Origin: Gekko japonicus
Taxonomy: Eukaryota
Direction of reading: 5' to 3'
Assembly (NCBI RefSeq): GCF_001447785.1
Contig: NW_015161405.1
Location: 1,512,357 to 1,572,063, forward strand
Length of the DNA stretch: 59,707 nt
In this document: positions 25,800 through 37,625 of the stretch, in pieces
Layout: the number at the start of each line of letters is the position of its first letter
Position numbering within the stretch: the first letter of the stretch is position 1
Notes under the pieces: model-generated
Seen by the model: the letters and a program-made list of their open reading frames with translations, nothing else
Told to the model about the DNA's origin: nothing
Databases searched by the model: none
Translations under genes and position numbers: made by a program

Positions 25800-26570
25800 A
25801 AAAAGAGTATTTTCCAAAAGGCTGATATGTTCAATAAATATCGCATATGATTCATTAGTTACTGGAAAGAGAAAATAAGTAAGACCTATATGTTTGCTCT
25901 TATGAGCCTTTGTGAATACATTTTCTGTGATTCCCTTCCCCCTGTTATACAGCATAAGAGAAGGGAACAAGGAAAAGCCAATGATAAGCAGATCATCAGG
26001 TTATCAATCATTACATTAGAAAATAGAGTACATTTTTCTCTAAGATGTGGCATGGTAAAAGAAACTGACCAGAGTAGTCAGCTGGATGTACAAACTGCTC
26101 TCATGAGCTAAAGATCTGTAATCACCTTACAAGAGAAAACCAAATAGTATTGTTGATGCAACTGTTCTTACCTGTATTACAGTAGTGGCCAGAAACTCCA
26201 ATTGTTGCTCTACTGCACTTGGAAGGTAAAAAGCAAGACTGCCTTAAGAGAATTTGAGTTATCATACAAGTCATCCAGATACATGATTTATTGTTTTCTT
26301 CAACCCCACAGTTCGCCTGTGTTCCATAGTTTCAATTTAATATTACTAATAGTGCCCTGGGAAAAAAAACAAAAACCTCCAGGATTAACAACATATTTGA
26401 ACACCTGCAAAGTTCATTTGATGCTGGGAACTGCAAATGCTGCAAATTTTAAAATATATTTAACATATTTGCAGTTTAAATGTTAACCCACAGCTGCTTG
26501 AGCACTGTGGGCTGAGAACCTCAGCATGTACATATTTTATACATCCCAAGGAGTAGGTCTGATTGATTGC
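25800..26570 (+). pseudogene. Endogenous arenavirus-like L fragment, fingers to motif C
   Basis: RVVSWMYKL ~26072 (nucleotide similarity to ~30566); YLYYSS ~26170; FELSYK 26253-26270 (cf. FSLSYKEQ); SSFDAG ~26411 (cf. SILDMG); FYTS 26535 (cf. AYTSSDD). Confidence 0.6.
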
Positions 26571-26778
26571 TCCTTCACGTCAACCCTTTTTGATTTGCTG
26601 GAAGATATAATGAGGAATATGGCATCACTGGGCAGATTTGGTGAGAACTGCCCAGCCAGTAACCATTTTTATAGCTAGCAAAAAAGGCTGTTGTTTGACA
26701 GACTTCTGGCTTTTAATTAGAATCTACTGAGAATGGAAGAGAGGATAAATTACTACTGTAAGAGAGAGAAAGGGAGAA

Positions 26779-28600
26779 ATGGTTCATTAGTTTACCCAGA
26801 GTATCCCCTCCTGCTGCAGTGGATTGCCCTATGGTTGACCTCAAAGGCTTATAAAGCATGGATCATGCACAGCTGTAGTCATGTCACCTGCAGGTATTTC
26901 AGTGTCCACCGCCAAGTCGTTCTATGGATCATTCACAAATCTTGCAGAAGGACAGAAACCTCTCCAGTCACTGGCATCAATAACATTTTTCCACAGTACT
27001 CAGGAATTGGCTCAGAGCCACTACACACACCTCTCAGCAAATTCTAAGGGCTTCATTCTTCTCTCAGATCCACATTACTCCAGTGGTTTTAGTAACATTA
27101 CAATGCTGCAGGCGTATCCTTCGGGCCCCTGAAAAAATAACATTACTTTTTGCTGTTAATATCCTTTCCCAGCCTTCTTCATCAGAGTCTTGTTTTGGCA
27201 CTGAACTCTCGCTTGTTTTTGCTCTTTGTTCCTCTGGGCAGTCCCTGGTTTCTGAGATGGGTTTTAGAGCAAAGTAGTGGCACAGCTCTCAGAATGCAGG
27301 GGAAGGCTGTGGTTCAGTGGCAGAGCAAGTCGCTTTCATGCAGAAGAATTTCAACTTAAAGAATTTATGTGGGGGGAAATCTTCTTAAAACTCTGGAAGG
27401 GGCAGTTTTGCACCCATTCCTCTCAGAGAATTGGAGACATAAGACACTGGGACTGATTCCCCACAAGCAGCTGCGCCGCCCTTGCTCTTCTGTTCCCCCC
27501 ACTTGCATTGGTCAATTTCACACTATTCGCTGCACGGCCACATTTTGACCCACAGCTCCCCCCAATTTCACCCGTATCGTCTCGATCCTTGTTTTTTGAG
27601 ATCGAGAAGATACGGGGGAAATCAGGGGGGAGCTGTGGGTCAAAATGTGGCTCCACAGTGAATAATGTGAAATTGACCAATGCAAGCAGGGGAAACAGAA
27701 GAGCGAGGGCGGTACAGCTGCTTGTGGGGAATTGGTCTGGGAGTGAGGAAAGATCTGAGCAGTGTGCATTGTGCAGTGCAGCCAATGAGAGGGCAAATAA
27801 CAGAAGGCTACTCAAAGTGACTTAAAACTTTTCCCTCATTGTTTGGCACTAGGGTTGCCAATTCCAGCCTGGGAAATTCCTGGAGCAGTGCCTGTGGAGG
27901 TATGGTGTACCATAGAGTTTTGGGGGGAACTGATCTCTGTAGCCAGGAGATCAGTTGGGGTTCCAGAAGAACTCCAAGCCCCAACTGGAGACCACTATCC
28001 AATCTGGCACAGATTTTTTGCTGTGGAGCTCTCCATTCCCTCCCTATGGTGACAATGTGGGATTGGCTGCTTGTTTCAGGGTCGAGCAGGAATTTTTGGG
28101 CCCCTATCCACCTGTCTGTCTGGGATAAGGGGCCTTTTTTTCACCTGCTTCAAATTTGTGGTTGGGGGGGGGTTGGGTTTTATAAACAGGACTGACCCTG
28201 AGGGATTGGCACGGCCCTAACTGGAGTGGGCAGGATATGTGCTGGTGAGATGCTTGTTGCTCAATTAGATTGATAAGCACTCTGGGTCAGCCAAGAATGG
28301 GTGGAAGCCTCCTAAGCAGCCACTGGTGACTGCACGATCCCAGAGGGCTGGTGAGGGTGAATCCCTCGGTGCTGCACATCAGTGTCGAACATTTAGATCA
28401 GTGTCGAACCCTCCTCCCCCTCCCTCTTTCCCCCATGCATTCTGATTCCTTTCCTAACTTCTTGGTTCAGGGAAATCATAATGTTTACCTAACTCCGCAA
28501 ACTATAGTTTGCACTGGCCTCCACAAAAGCATAAATGGAAAGCTTTCTTTGAAACCTGGTTTCCAATTCTGGTTTGGAAGACAATTGACTGTTTGCCAAT
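26779..28600 (+). pseudogene. Endogenous arenavirus-like glycoprotein precursor, second copy, split by repeats
   Basis: M(G)SLV/FTQSIP at 26779 (cf. MGQLISFFQEIP); IAL..LKGL(Y) ~26840 (cf. VLKGLY); NIT sequon ~27094; CFG 27191 (GP2 fusion loop); VQC...DLKLF ~27770-27835 (cf. AKC...DMLRLF); HKSING 28522; QFWF ~28565 (cf. KFWY). Confidence 0.7.
27451..27737. mobile_element. Palindromic (fold-back) MITE
   Basis: The two halves are reverse complements over ~135 bp: GACTGATTCCCCACAAGCAGCTG... / ...CAGCTGCTTGTGGGGAATTGGTC. Confidence 0.9.
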
Positions 28601-29229
28601 TCTTACATAATAAACATATGAAATGGCCTTATACTGAGTCAGATCATTGGTCTATAATGTCAGTACTGACTACTCTGATTGGCTGCAGCTATCCAAGATC
28701 TCAGGTAGAGGTCTTTCACATCACCTACTATTTGATTCTTTTATGGAACTTGAGATCTTTCACATCAATGTAATGAACCATGGGCCTCCCCCAAAAGCTA
28801 TAGTTTGCCCAAACCAAGAAGTCGGTGAGGAAACTGAGCATGTAAAGGGAAACGGGATGGTAAAGGGAGAAAGAAGCCTGTGAGTCTGTGACTTGGGCCC
28901 AAAAGATAAACCATAAAATTAGGTTCCCATCCTCCAGGAGGGGGCTGGAGTTGTCCCAGAATTACAACTGATCACCACTACATGATTCTCCAGCAGGAAA
29001 TAGCAACTTTGGAGGACAGATTCATATCCCAGCTGAGGTCTGCCCCCCCTCCAAGTCTGCCTTCCCAGGTAACCCCCCCCAAAAAAGAAAAATCTCCAGA
29101 AATTTCACAAACTAGGATTGGCAACCCGATTTTAAAAGTTTATGAATGTAGATGTTAACATAGTTACATTACATTCTGATAACATTCTGATAACAAAAGT
29201 GGTTTTTGAAACTTTCTGATACAAATGAC

Positions 29230-29760
29230 ACCTGTAGCAATCAATCAAGTTATGGACAATTATTTCAAGCATGTCCTCTTTTAATTTTCCAGATTTTTTT
29301 TTTTGGGGGGGGTCTCAACAGGAACACAACCCGGATCTCTCTGTCTAGTGAGTGAGCTGGGAGAGTGTGCCAGACAGTCTGGCCCACCCACTGCACGTAC
29401 CCCACCTCCAAACAGGGGTTTCAAAGTGGAAACCCTTCAAAACCAAAGTGGAAGCATGCACATAAAGACTCTGGGTTTAGTTGGGAAACTGCACACACTG
29501 TTCCAAAGTGGGTCTTAAACTCCCTCATAGATGCTGAGAGGCCCAAGCTGGGAGGGACCATCCCATATGCCTTTGTTCCTGTCGTCCACTGCAGCCGTAA
29601 GTACTGCTTTCCCATTTTTCAGACCCATGGAGGCAGTCTAGGCCAAGATTTGACTTGTAATTTTTGCTGTTTCTATTCTGAAGGAGACACTAATATTCTC
29701 CTTTGTGCATGGACTGTACTGGGGGCATTCATCACTGTTGCCATGACTTTGGTTTTACTC
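29230..29760 (+). pseudogene. Possible arenavirus-like L fragment, motif F downstream to motif B
   Basis: VMDNYF ~29250 (cf. LIEDYF); SLGQDLTCNFCCFYS ~29635-29680 (cf. DMGQGILHNTSDFYG). Confidence 0.4.
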
Positions 29761-29834
29761 TAAAATGTTTACTGAGGCTGTATATACATGTACATTCATG
29801 ATAAAGTTCCTTTTTTTAAATCTCCACCCTTTGT

Positions 29835-30085
29835 TCCACAAGACGTATGTTTGACATTGAAGGCACGAGCTGCAAATCGTTACACTTTGCGTGCACCTTG
29901 CCAGAGGTTCAGCTCTGATTTAACCCAGACAGAGACAGGATCAGCTCATAGTTCTCGCTGGCATGAATTCTAGAGGAGAGGTAAGCACACGGAGCCTGCC
30001 GAATGGGGGAACATTACTATCCCGTTTTGCATCTAAATCCCAGCTGAACTAATTAAAAGTTGTTGAGACTCTGAAGAAAGGCATT
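29835..30085 (+). pseudogene. Endogenous arenavirus-like nucleoprotein exonuclease fragment
   Basis: MFDIEG at 29847-29864 (DxE catalytic motif), SSRWHE (cf. SKYSHG), EP, IK(K)LL ~30053 (cf. IRKLL). Confidence 0.65.
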
Positions 30086-30259
30086 CCGACTGGAAATTGC
30101 TCGCTCTGCTTTGTCTCATTAGGGACCAACCCTCAGAGCGGGCCTGGCTCGTTACGCCACAAACATTCGTTATTTTTGCAGCATATCAGGCACGCATCTT
30201 CATCCCACTCAAACTTATTTTTGAGTATCACGATTTCCATTTTGACATTAGAAAAATAT

Positions 30260-30431
30260 NNNNNNNNNNNNNNNNNNNNNNNNNNNNNNNNNNNNNNNNN
30301 NNNNNNNNNNNNNNNNNNNNNNNNNNNNNNNNNNNNNNNNNNNNNNNNNNNNNNNNNNNNNNNNNNNNNNNNNNNNNNNNNNNNNNNNNNNNNNNNNNNN
30401 NNNNNNNNNNNNNNNNNNNNNNNNNNNNNNN
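30260..30431. other. Assembly gap
   Basis: Run of N. Confidence 1.
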
Positions 30432-30519
30432 CCTTTGCGCTATTTCCAAAGTATAAAGAACGCTAACCAAAGAGTTCTGTTTCATTTACACAAAAGAACA
30501 AGGTTCAATCATGTTTGAT

Positions 30520-31030
30520 AAGTTGCAAATTACTGGTAATACCGCAAGTGTTGTTACAGCTGCGCAGAGTGGTCAGTCGGATGTACAAACTGCAGCAACG
30601 GCATGAATCAAAAGAAAATGTCTAAACAATGTTGAATGATAGTATATAGTATGTGCTAACTTTAGCCTGGTATTGGGGCCTATCTGCAGAATCTTGAGAG
30701 ATATGCTGAATAAGTTGCTGGGCTCATTAGGTTTTAGAAAAACAACCACTTTTTAAACAAATGATCTGAGTTGTTTTGAGGATGTGGAAGCAAAGGCAGA
30801 CTTGGGGGCACATGAACCTCTTCAGCTTCTTTTATAATACTCAGATCTCCATTAATGTGCAGACTTACCATTGGGAGAGCAGAAAACTGTTATTATATGT
30901 TATGGATATAGAAGTCATGTGTTGTTGAAACATTGTTGGAACCTGCTTCTGTTGTCCTGCATGAGATGTGCAGAATTTCATAAAGGAAAGGATTTGTGTA
31001 GTGGGGATGTTGCATACCAATTTTACATCC
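30520..31030 (+). pseudogene. Endogenous arenavirus-like L fragment, motifs F and A
   Basis: RVVSRMYKL ~30567; SRKLLLYVMD ~30878-30907 (cf. NRELYIGD); DLC(K)WG 30991-31007 (motif A DxxKWG, one base missing). Confidence 0.6.
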
Positions 31031-31544
31031 CCTGTTAAAATTCAGAACAGGTTATTAGCCACTGATATGCACTGAAATTTCCCCTTGAAAAAAATTCCAG
31101 CCTGGGAGCAAGAAATGTACTTGATAATCAGATGTGTTAGAAATGGATTAATTTTGTTTGCAGTGCACCCCTCCTGCCAGACATCCAGAATGGATTCAGT
31201 ATCTCAGTTTGTTCTCTCCACAAGCCTGCAAGGAAGATTAGGCTGAGAGATTGTGGGTTTTCCCTGTCAACTGCAGAATTGACTAGAGATTTGAACTCAC
31301 AGATTCCTTCTACAGATTGGCATCTGGCAAAGTGAGCTTTGAGTCATGAAAGCTCATACCCTGGAAAGCTTAAAGGTGCTACTAGATTTTTGCTCTGCTA
31401 CTACAGACTAACTCTCTAGCTACACTCTAGCTACACTCTCATCATTTAAATTATATTGCACCACCAGTTGCCTACATGAAATTCACCCAAGTGCTGATCA
31501 AACTGAGATTTTTAACAAGATAAAAGTTCTGGGTGCTCACAGAT

Positions 31545-32643
31545 CATCCCTTGGGTGCAGCATGTTAAGGCAGCACCAGCTCCTGGTAGAGGAGGAGGCC
31601 CCACCGAGGCCAGAGGGGTCCGACAGCTACATCCCAGAAGTAAGAGTCGGGGAAAGACCACCCGCTCCTGGCGAGGCCTCACAGGACGAGGCGCCACCCG
31701 TGGTTCCGGGGCTAGAAGAGGAGCCGCCACTGCAGAGTATCCAGGCCGACTGCCCAGAGCCGGTCATGGTCGACCCCGTTCTGGCGCCCCGGCATTCCCT
31801 GCGAGAGCACCGGCCGCTAACCTACCTACAGGACTATGTGACTTAGGCTGTTTTTGAACTATGGGGGGGGGAGTGTTGTGTCTGCAGACCACCACCAAGG
31901 ATCTGCGTCCTCGGTCCTCAACTTGGTTCCTGAGGTGGAAAGCCACATGGCGCGACATCTCCAACAGTCGCGGGACAAAGTGATTTTGCAGCTCTGTCAC
32001 GATCTGCTCAAACATTGCCTCTTCCAGGGTCACCGGGGACAGGAGGTGTTGAGCCAGATCTATGATTGCAGGGCTGTATGAGCCGATGAGGAGGCTCTTC
32101 TTCCGGGCCTCGTCCATGACCTGGTAAAAGATCAGGATGGACTTGAGGCCTGTGACCCACACTCTTCATTGATGTGGACGGGCTGGATTGAATGGGGGAA
32201 CCAGCCCCATTCCCGGAGTGACTGTCATCGTACTGCACGGTTGAGGTGGGGAAGTGGCTTGCTCACCTTCGTTGCTCATCATCGGGAGTGGCAGCAGCTA
32301 TGCATTGTATTCTGGGATGCCTGGCAGTCCGGCTCGCTCAGTGGAATCCCACCTTTGTTGCTAATGAAAACTACTGGGTTCTATGCATGGAGAGCCGAAC
32401 TACGACATGCTGAACAAGTCATGTTTATTCTAGTACACACAAAAAGACACAAACGGCTCGGCAAGGGCCAACTATATACACCCACCCCAGACACACCCAC
32501 AGTCCTATTGGAGGGTTTGAATCTCCCGCCAAAGGTCCTATTGGAGGACTAAAGGTGGCCTAGGATCCTTAGCCCCTATTGTGTTAGGAACCAAGCTAGG
32601 GACTGAGGATGCAGACCCCTGGTGGCGGTATGCGGACACAACA
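31545..32643. mobile_element. Rearranged Gypsy remnant: plus-strand 3' tail, PPT and LTR start fused to an inverted gag plus LTR
   Basis: ORF ending LTYLQDYVT (like the tail at ~2760), G-run PPT, TGTTGTGTC at 31874. Gag-like ORF 31764-32162(-). The same LTR start occurs on the minus strand ending at 32643. Confidence 0.8.
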
Positions 32644-32809
32644 CCAGTGGTGCAAAGTGTGTCAGGTCAACTCATAGCAACTCTGTATGGTTTTCAAGGC
32701 CAGAGGGTTTGCCATTGCCTGCCTCTGCATAGCAACTCTGGACTTCCTTGGTGGTTGTGTTCAACATACAGAAGCTTAAACTGCAGGACTTTTCATTCTT
32801 AAAGGCATC

Positions 32810-33170
32810 TGCATTCCCCTACTGTGTCCCTTGCTGCCAGCTAGCTGTGCACAGTGCAATAGTCAATAGTAGCATGGTCTCAAGTGCTTTCAGATTTCTT
32901 ACAATCAGTTGCATGGTGGTTTCAAATGTACTGTATCAATGAGAAGTGATAATAACTGATTCTCACCCCAGTCCTGCAGACATATGTAGAGGGGACAGAG
33001 GGCAGTTTGGTGTGTATTGAAGAAGCCACAGCGGCATCCTCTGAGCCTAGTAGGCTTGCCTGCATTGTGTGCCACTGGAGCCAAATTTCAGACCCATAGC
33101 TGGACACTGATGTCGGTAGCTCAGGATGAGAAATCCCTTCTGTGATTCCTGCTGAGTGCCTTGCTTAATG
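32810..33170 (-). pseudogene. Endogenous arenavirus-like nucleoprotein core fragment
   Basis: ORF 32922-33107(-): SYGS...IHTKLPSV...VRISYYHFSL (cf. QFGS...LYTVKYPNL...INISGYNFSL), then ALETMLL ~32865-32890 (cf. MLETI / MLESILI). Confidence 0.7.
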
Positions 33171-33319
33171 TCAAAGGATTTATTTATTTATTTAGATTTT
33201 TATCCTGCTTTCCCTGCAAACAGGCTCAGGGCAGGTTACACAGTCTCAGCAACAGTAGTTAAATAATTAAAACAATAATTTAAAAACATTAATAGAAACA
33301 GCAATGAAGCTTCATGTTG

Positions 33320-33520
33320 CTGTGCTCAGTTTCGGCTGATCATAGAGTCAGCAATTTCAGTAGGGGAGGCCAAAGATGTCAAATAAAAGCTTTGGCCATT
33401 TTCTCCGTGCCACATCTGGTGAGGAATACAATTTCTGCTACAGCAATGCCTATCCAAACAGTTGTACTGGTGTGATGTTCTGTGCCAATACAGCATCCTT
33501 GTGGGCTGTGCCATTCTGTC
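33320..33520 (-). pseudogene. Endogenous arenavirus-like GP2 fragment, third GPC copy
   Basis: ORF 33326-33559(-): TRMLYWHRT...IPHQMWHGENGQSF...EIADSMIS (cf. TKFWYVNHT...LPKCWLVSNGSY...QQADNMIT). Confidence 0.65.
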
Positions 33521-33666
33521 ACTGTTAACCTGCTCACACAAATAGATCTGGGGCCTCATTGAATATTTAGCATATCAGACCCAGATTTTCAGTGCAGAGC
33601 AGTTCCTTGAATCATCATATATGAACCTATAAGAACCACAACCTATAAGAACTGAAGTCTGTGCAT

Positions 33667-33940
33667 GAGAGTCAGTTTGGTGTAGTGATTAAGAGTGACA
33701 GACTCTAATCTGGAGAACCAGGTTTGATTCTCCACTCTTCCACATGCAACCAGCTGGAGGACCTTGGGTCAGTCAAAGTTCTCTCACAGCTGTTCTCTCA
33801 AGAGCAGTTCTCTCAGAGCTCTCTCAGCCCCACCTACCTCACAGGGTGTCTGTTGTGGGGAGAGGAAGGGAAGGAGATTGTAAGCTGCTCTGAGACTCTG
33901 AGACTCTGAGTGAAGGGTGGGGTATAAATCCAAATCTTCT
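33667..33940 (+). mobile_element. tRNA-derived SINE (Squam3-like), full length
   Basis: GAGAGTCAGTTTGGTGTAGTG...GGTTTGATTC...CAGCCCCACCTACCTCACAGGGTGTCTGTTGTGGGG...GGTATAAATCCAA. Confidence 0.85.
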
Positions 33941-35164
33941 GTGACTGAGCTCTCTCATAATAAGCTACCCATTTTATCATTTCTATTTCATTTTTTCTTT
34001 CACTGAGCCTCAGCCTAGCCCTGTGAGGCAGATTTGGCTGAGAGATAGAAAGTGGCTCAAGGCCACCCAGTGAGCTTCATGGCTGAGAGAGATTTGAACC
34101 TGCCCAAGCCCAGCACCATCTAGTGTGTAGCCCTCATACCCTGACCAATTTCTCAAAGCCTGTGGCTTATTCACTCAGGCTGCAGTCCAACTAGAACAGC
34201 TTGCAGTGGGTTAGCCCCTTGGGAAAGCTCTAATTTACAAAACCCTGTTTAGAAAAATCAGATATATTTAAAGGCATTACAGTATAAACATAAACTCCCT
34301 AATGAGCTGTAGTGAAATGGCTTAGGGCTATAACTTGTGAAGTTCAAATGATTTGGTCTTTTTTTTCCCCTTCCATGTATTATTTTCATTTAATCTGCAT
34401 CACAAGGACTGTAAAGAGGCCAGCTGTTCACAGAGAGTCTTAACAATCCCAGCCAAGGGCCAAGGCTGTTCTGACGGTCCCTTCCTTTACAGTGTTTGGC
34501 TAAAGGCTTATTAATTGATAGATCAAATGGCTCAAAAGTATAAAATGCAAGGCAGGCATTTGACTTTAATGGAAAGAAATGCAGATGCTTGAAAATGTTT
34601 AGAAAAAATAGGGGATTAGTAAGTAAAGTTTCTAGGCTGGAAGGAAAACACCACTCCTATTAATGTCTTTGTAGAATACTAGAGGAAGATCCAGTAGTAC
34701 AGACCAGTCAACCCTGACTATATCTCTATCCTTTACACGGGATTTACATAGAGCCAATGAGGTGTGAGGGTTAAAGTCCTGTTCTGGCTTGAGTCCCTAT
34801 TCTGCCATGAAAGCTGGCTAGGTAATCTTGGGCCAGTCACACACTCTCAGCCGAATCAGTCTCACAGGGTTGTTATGAGGATAAAATGGGGAAGCCACTT
34901 TGGGTCTTCACTGGGAAGAAAGCCAGGGTATAGACAAAGTAAATAAAATAAAAATAAATTTCCCATAGCAAAACAAGAATAGCTTGTCTTATGGTATTCT
35001 GCTGTTATTCTGAATGCAAAGCACAATCAATAGGATAAACAATACAGTTCTCCCAGTCTGATGGGCTATTCTCATCATATCCAGTGTGAGGGCCACAAAA
35101 TGTCTGGTGAACACATTCTGTGTTCAAAAGCCACAAGCACCCCAAACACTATTTACCTGTCTGC

Positions 35165-36235
35165 TGTTCACCGTGAAAAACTGTTGAACATTAGTTGTTG
35201 TAGATTTTCCAGGCTGTATGGTCGTGGTCTTGGCATTGTAGTACTTGACGTGTCACCAGCAGCTGTGACTGGCATCCTCAGAAGTATAACACGGAAAGGT
35301 GGAGTACTCTCTGTGTCGAGGTGAGAAGAAAAATGGTAAGCAGGTAATTTATATCTGCTCAGGAAGGTGGGGTAGGGCTGACTCATTATCTTGTAGGAGT
35401 TTCCCAGACTGTGACATGCTAATGGAGGGGCTTTCCTGGGGAGGTTCATATAGATTAGCTGTTGAAATGTTTTAATATTGTATGTTTATGGTTTTATTTG
35501 GTTTGTATGGAACTATCTTGTTGTAAACCACCCTGAGCCCCACGTAGGTTGGGAAGGGCAGTTAAGAAATCCAATTAAATAAATAAATAAATAAATAATC
35601 TTATCTGTAGTGCTGTTGTAAGATGTAGAGCATTTTGTGTTTTTCAGGACAGAAAACCATGCCCTATTTATTTTTAAACTCTCTTCTTTCCTGTTGATGC
35701 GTTTATGTTTATGAATTTCAATGGTTTCCCTGTGTAATCTGACATGGTAATTGGATGTGCTGTGCAGTATTTCAGTGTCTTGGAATAAGATGTGTCCTGT
35801 CTGAGTTAGGCTATGTTCAGCCACTGCTGATTTTTCAGGTTGGCCAAGTTTCCTGTCCTGAAAAAAACACAAAATGCTCTACATCTTACAACAGCACTAT
35901 AGATAAGATTAGAATTTCAACAGCCAATCCATATGCAAAAAAACCTCCTCAGGAAAGCTCCTCCATTAGCATGTCACAGCCTGGGGAACTCCTACAAGAT
36001 AATGACTCAGCCCTACCCCACCTTCCTGAGTAGATATAAATTACCTGCCTACCATTTTTCTTCTCACCTTGACACAGAAAGTACTCCATCTTTCTGTGTT
36101 ATACATCTGAGGATGACAGTCACAGCTGTTGGCAAAACATCAGGTACTACAATGCCACGACCATGGCCATACAACCCAGAAAATCTGCAACAAATAATGA
36201 ACTCCGGCTGTGAAAACCTTGAAAAACTATTGAAC
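35165..36235. mobile_element. Penelope-like element: GIY-YIG 3' end on minus with inverted pseudo-LTR copies
   Basis: ORF 35513-35872(-) KSAVAEH...RLHRETIEIHKH..INRKEE. 35170-35470 is the reverse complement of ~35910-36235. Confidence 0.85.
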
Positions 36236-36509
36236 AGCTTTAAAGTACACCATAGCTGTGGTCGTGGTGATGGAGTTTCATTTCCTTGCATTGTGGGGGC
36301 TTTTGCATCCCCATAGTAGATGAGATAATTGGGTCAAGGATGGATGGTTGGGTCAGATAATTAAATGGCATGAGGGGAGAGCCATGCTTCCCATAAGGCT
36401 GTATGAAAATATGCATGCACAATAGACTGAAATGGACACCACATAGGAAGACTATAGAAAAAAGGCAAATTTATAATTGAGGGCAAACTGATCTTCTCAT
36501 GGTTATTTA

Positions 36510-36570
36510 TATTATAGAATCACAGAGTTGGAAGGGGCCATACTGGCCATCTAGCCCAACCCCCTGCTGA
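36510..36570 (-). mobile_element. CR1 LINE 3' tail
   Basis: ATAGAATCACAGAGTTGGAAGGGGCC...CCATCTAGCCCAACCCCCTGCT. Confidence 0.75.
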
Positions 36571-36599
36571 GTGATTAGCTGTTGAATGATGTTCAGTGA

Positions 36600-37245
36600 C
36601 AACAGGACTGTGGGGGACAGGAAAATTAGAACTCCATTCAGGTTGAGAATGCACATGCGTGAAACACTGCCAATTGCATTGTTCTGCACTGTACCGATAT
36701 GTAAAAAACTGCTGAACTGTTTGAAGAAAAATTGGCTCCCTGTTCACAACTAGTGAACGGACCAAGAACCAAACCCGTGGATATTTGAGTATCCATACAC
36801 TTTACAAGACACTGTAGTTTGATCATGATTTTCTGATTGATAAATACTTAGTATATTCTTGTTATAACCTCAGGCAATAAAAACAGACACTGTACAACTA
36901 GAAGCAGCCAGTGAAGAATTACTCTCCAGTTTGTGTTAGCATGCAGTTATCTACACATTCTTACTTAGCTTACATACACACTGTTAAATAAATGTCAGTC
37001 ACTGATGCATTTTGTTGCCTTTCTCTGTAATTACCCTATCCATTATTTCCATATTCCTGGAGTAAGTAAATTGAATCAGCTTCTTGGAAAGGAAAGTGCT
37101 GACTTTACAGATTTTTACTCAGCTTGCTAATGGTTGTTATCTGAAGTACAACTGAATCTGCTTTGAAAAGATATCACTTGCTCTGCCCTTGATAAAAGAG
37201 GCTCAGTTCAAAGTCAGGGCTCACATTCAACAGCTCCTATGTGGT
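36600..37245 (+). pseudogene. Endogenous arenavirus-like L fragment, RdRp motifs F-A-B-C
   Basis: VGG..NR-like ~36609; CSL(D)H 36813 (cf. SCSLDHSKW); TLLNK..LMH ~36978 (cf. TLLTWHMH); LGKESADFTDFYS ending 37121 (cf. MGQGILHNTSDFYG); VRAH..SS ~37213-37240 (motif C position). Confidence 0.6.
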
Positions 37246-37625
37246 CTTCTCTATGTGGAGCATGTGGAACTGCCCACACCTCAGTAGGGATAGCATGGAG
37301 TAGGGATGCCAGCCTCCAGGTGGGACCTGGGGATCCCCTGGAATTACTGCTCATTTTCAGACTACAGAGATCAGTTCCCCTGGAGAAAATGGATGCTTTG
37401 GAGGGTGGACTCTACGGTATTGTACTGCACTGAGGTCCCTGTCCTCCCCAGGCTCCATCCCCAAGTCTCCAGGAGTTTCCCAACCTGGATCTGGCAACTC
37501 TACCCCCCAATCCCTCGCTGGAGGCCAGGGGGGAACTGACAATCCGAGCATGGAGGTGCTAGTTATTTGAACTGCCATAAGAACATAAGAAAAGCACTGT
37601 TGGTTCTGACCAAAAGTTCAACTAG

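Noticed and set aside
34140-34740. Possible GP1/SSP (minus) or L (plus, MAQKYK) remnants
   Set aside because: Ambiguous and too weak to call.
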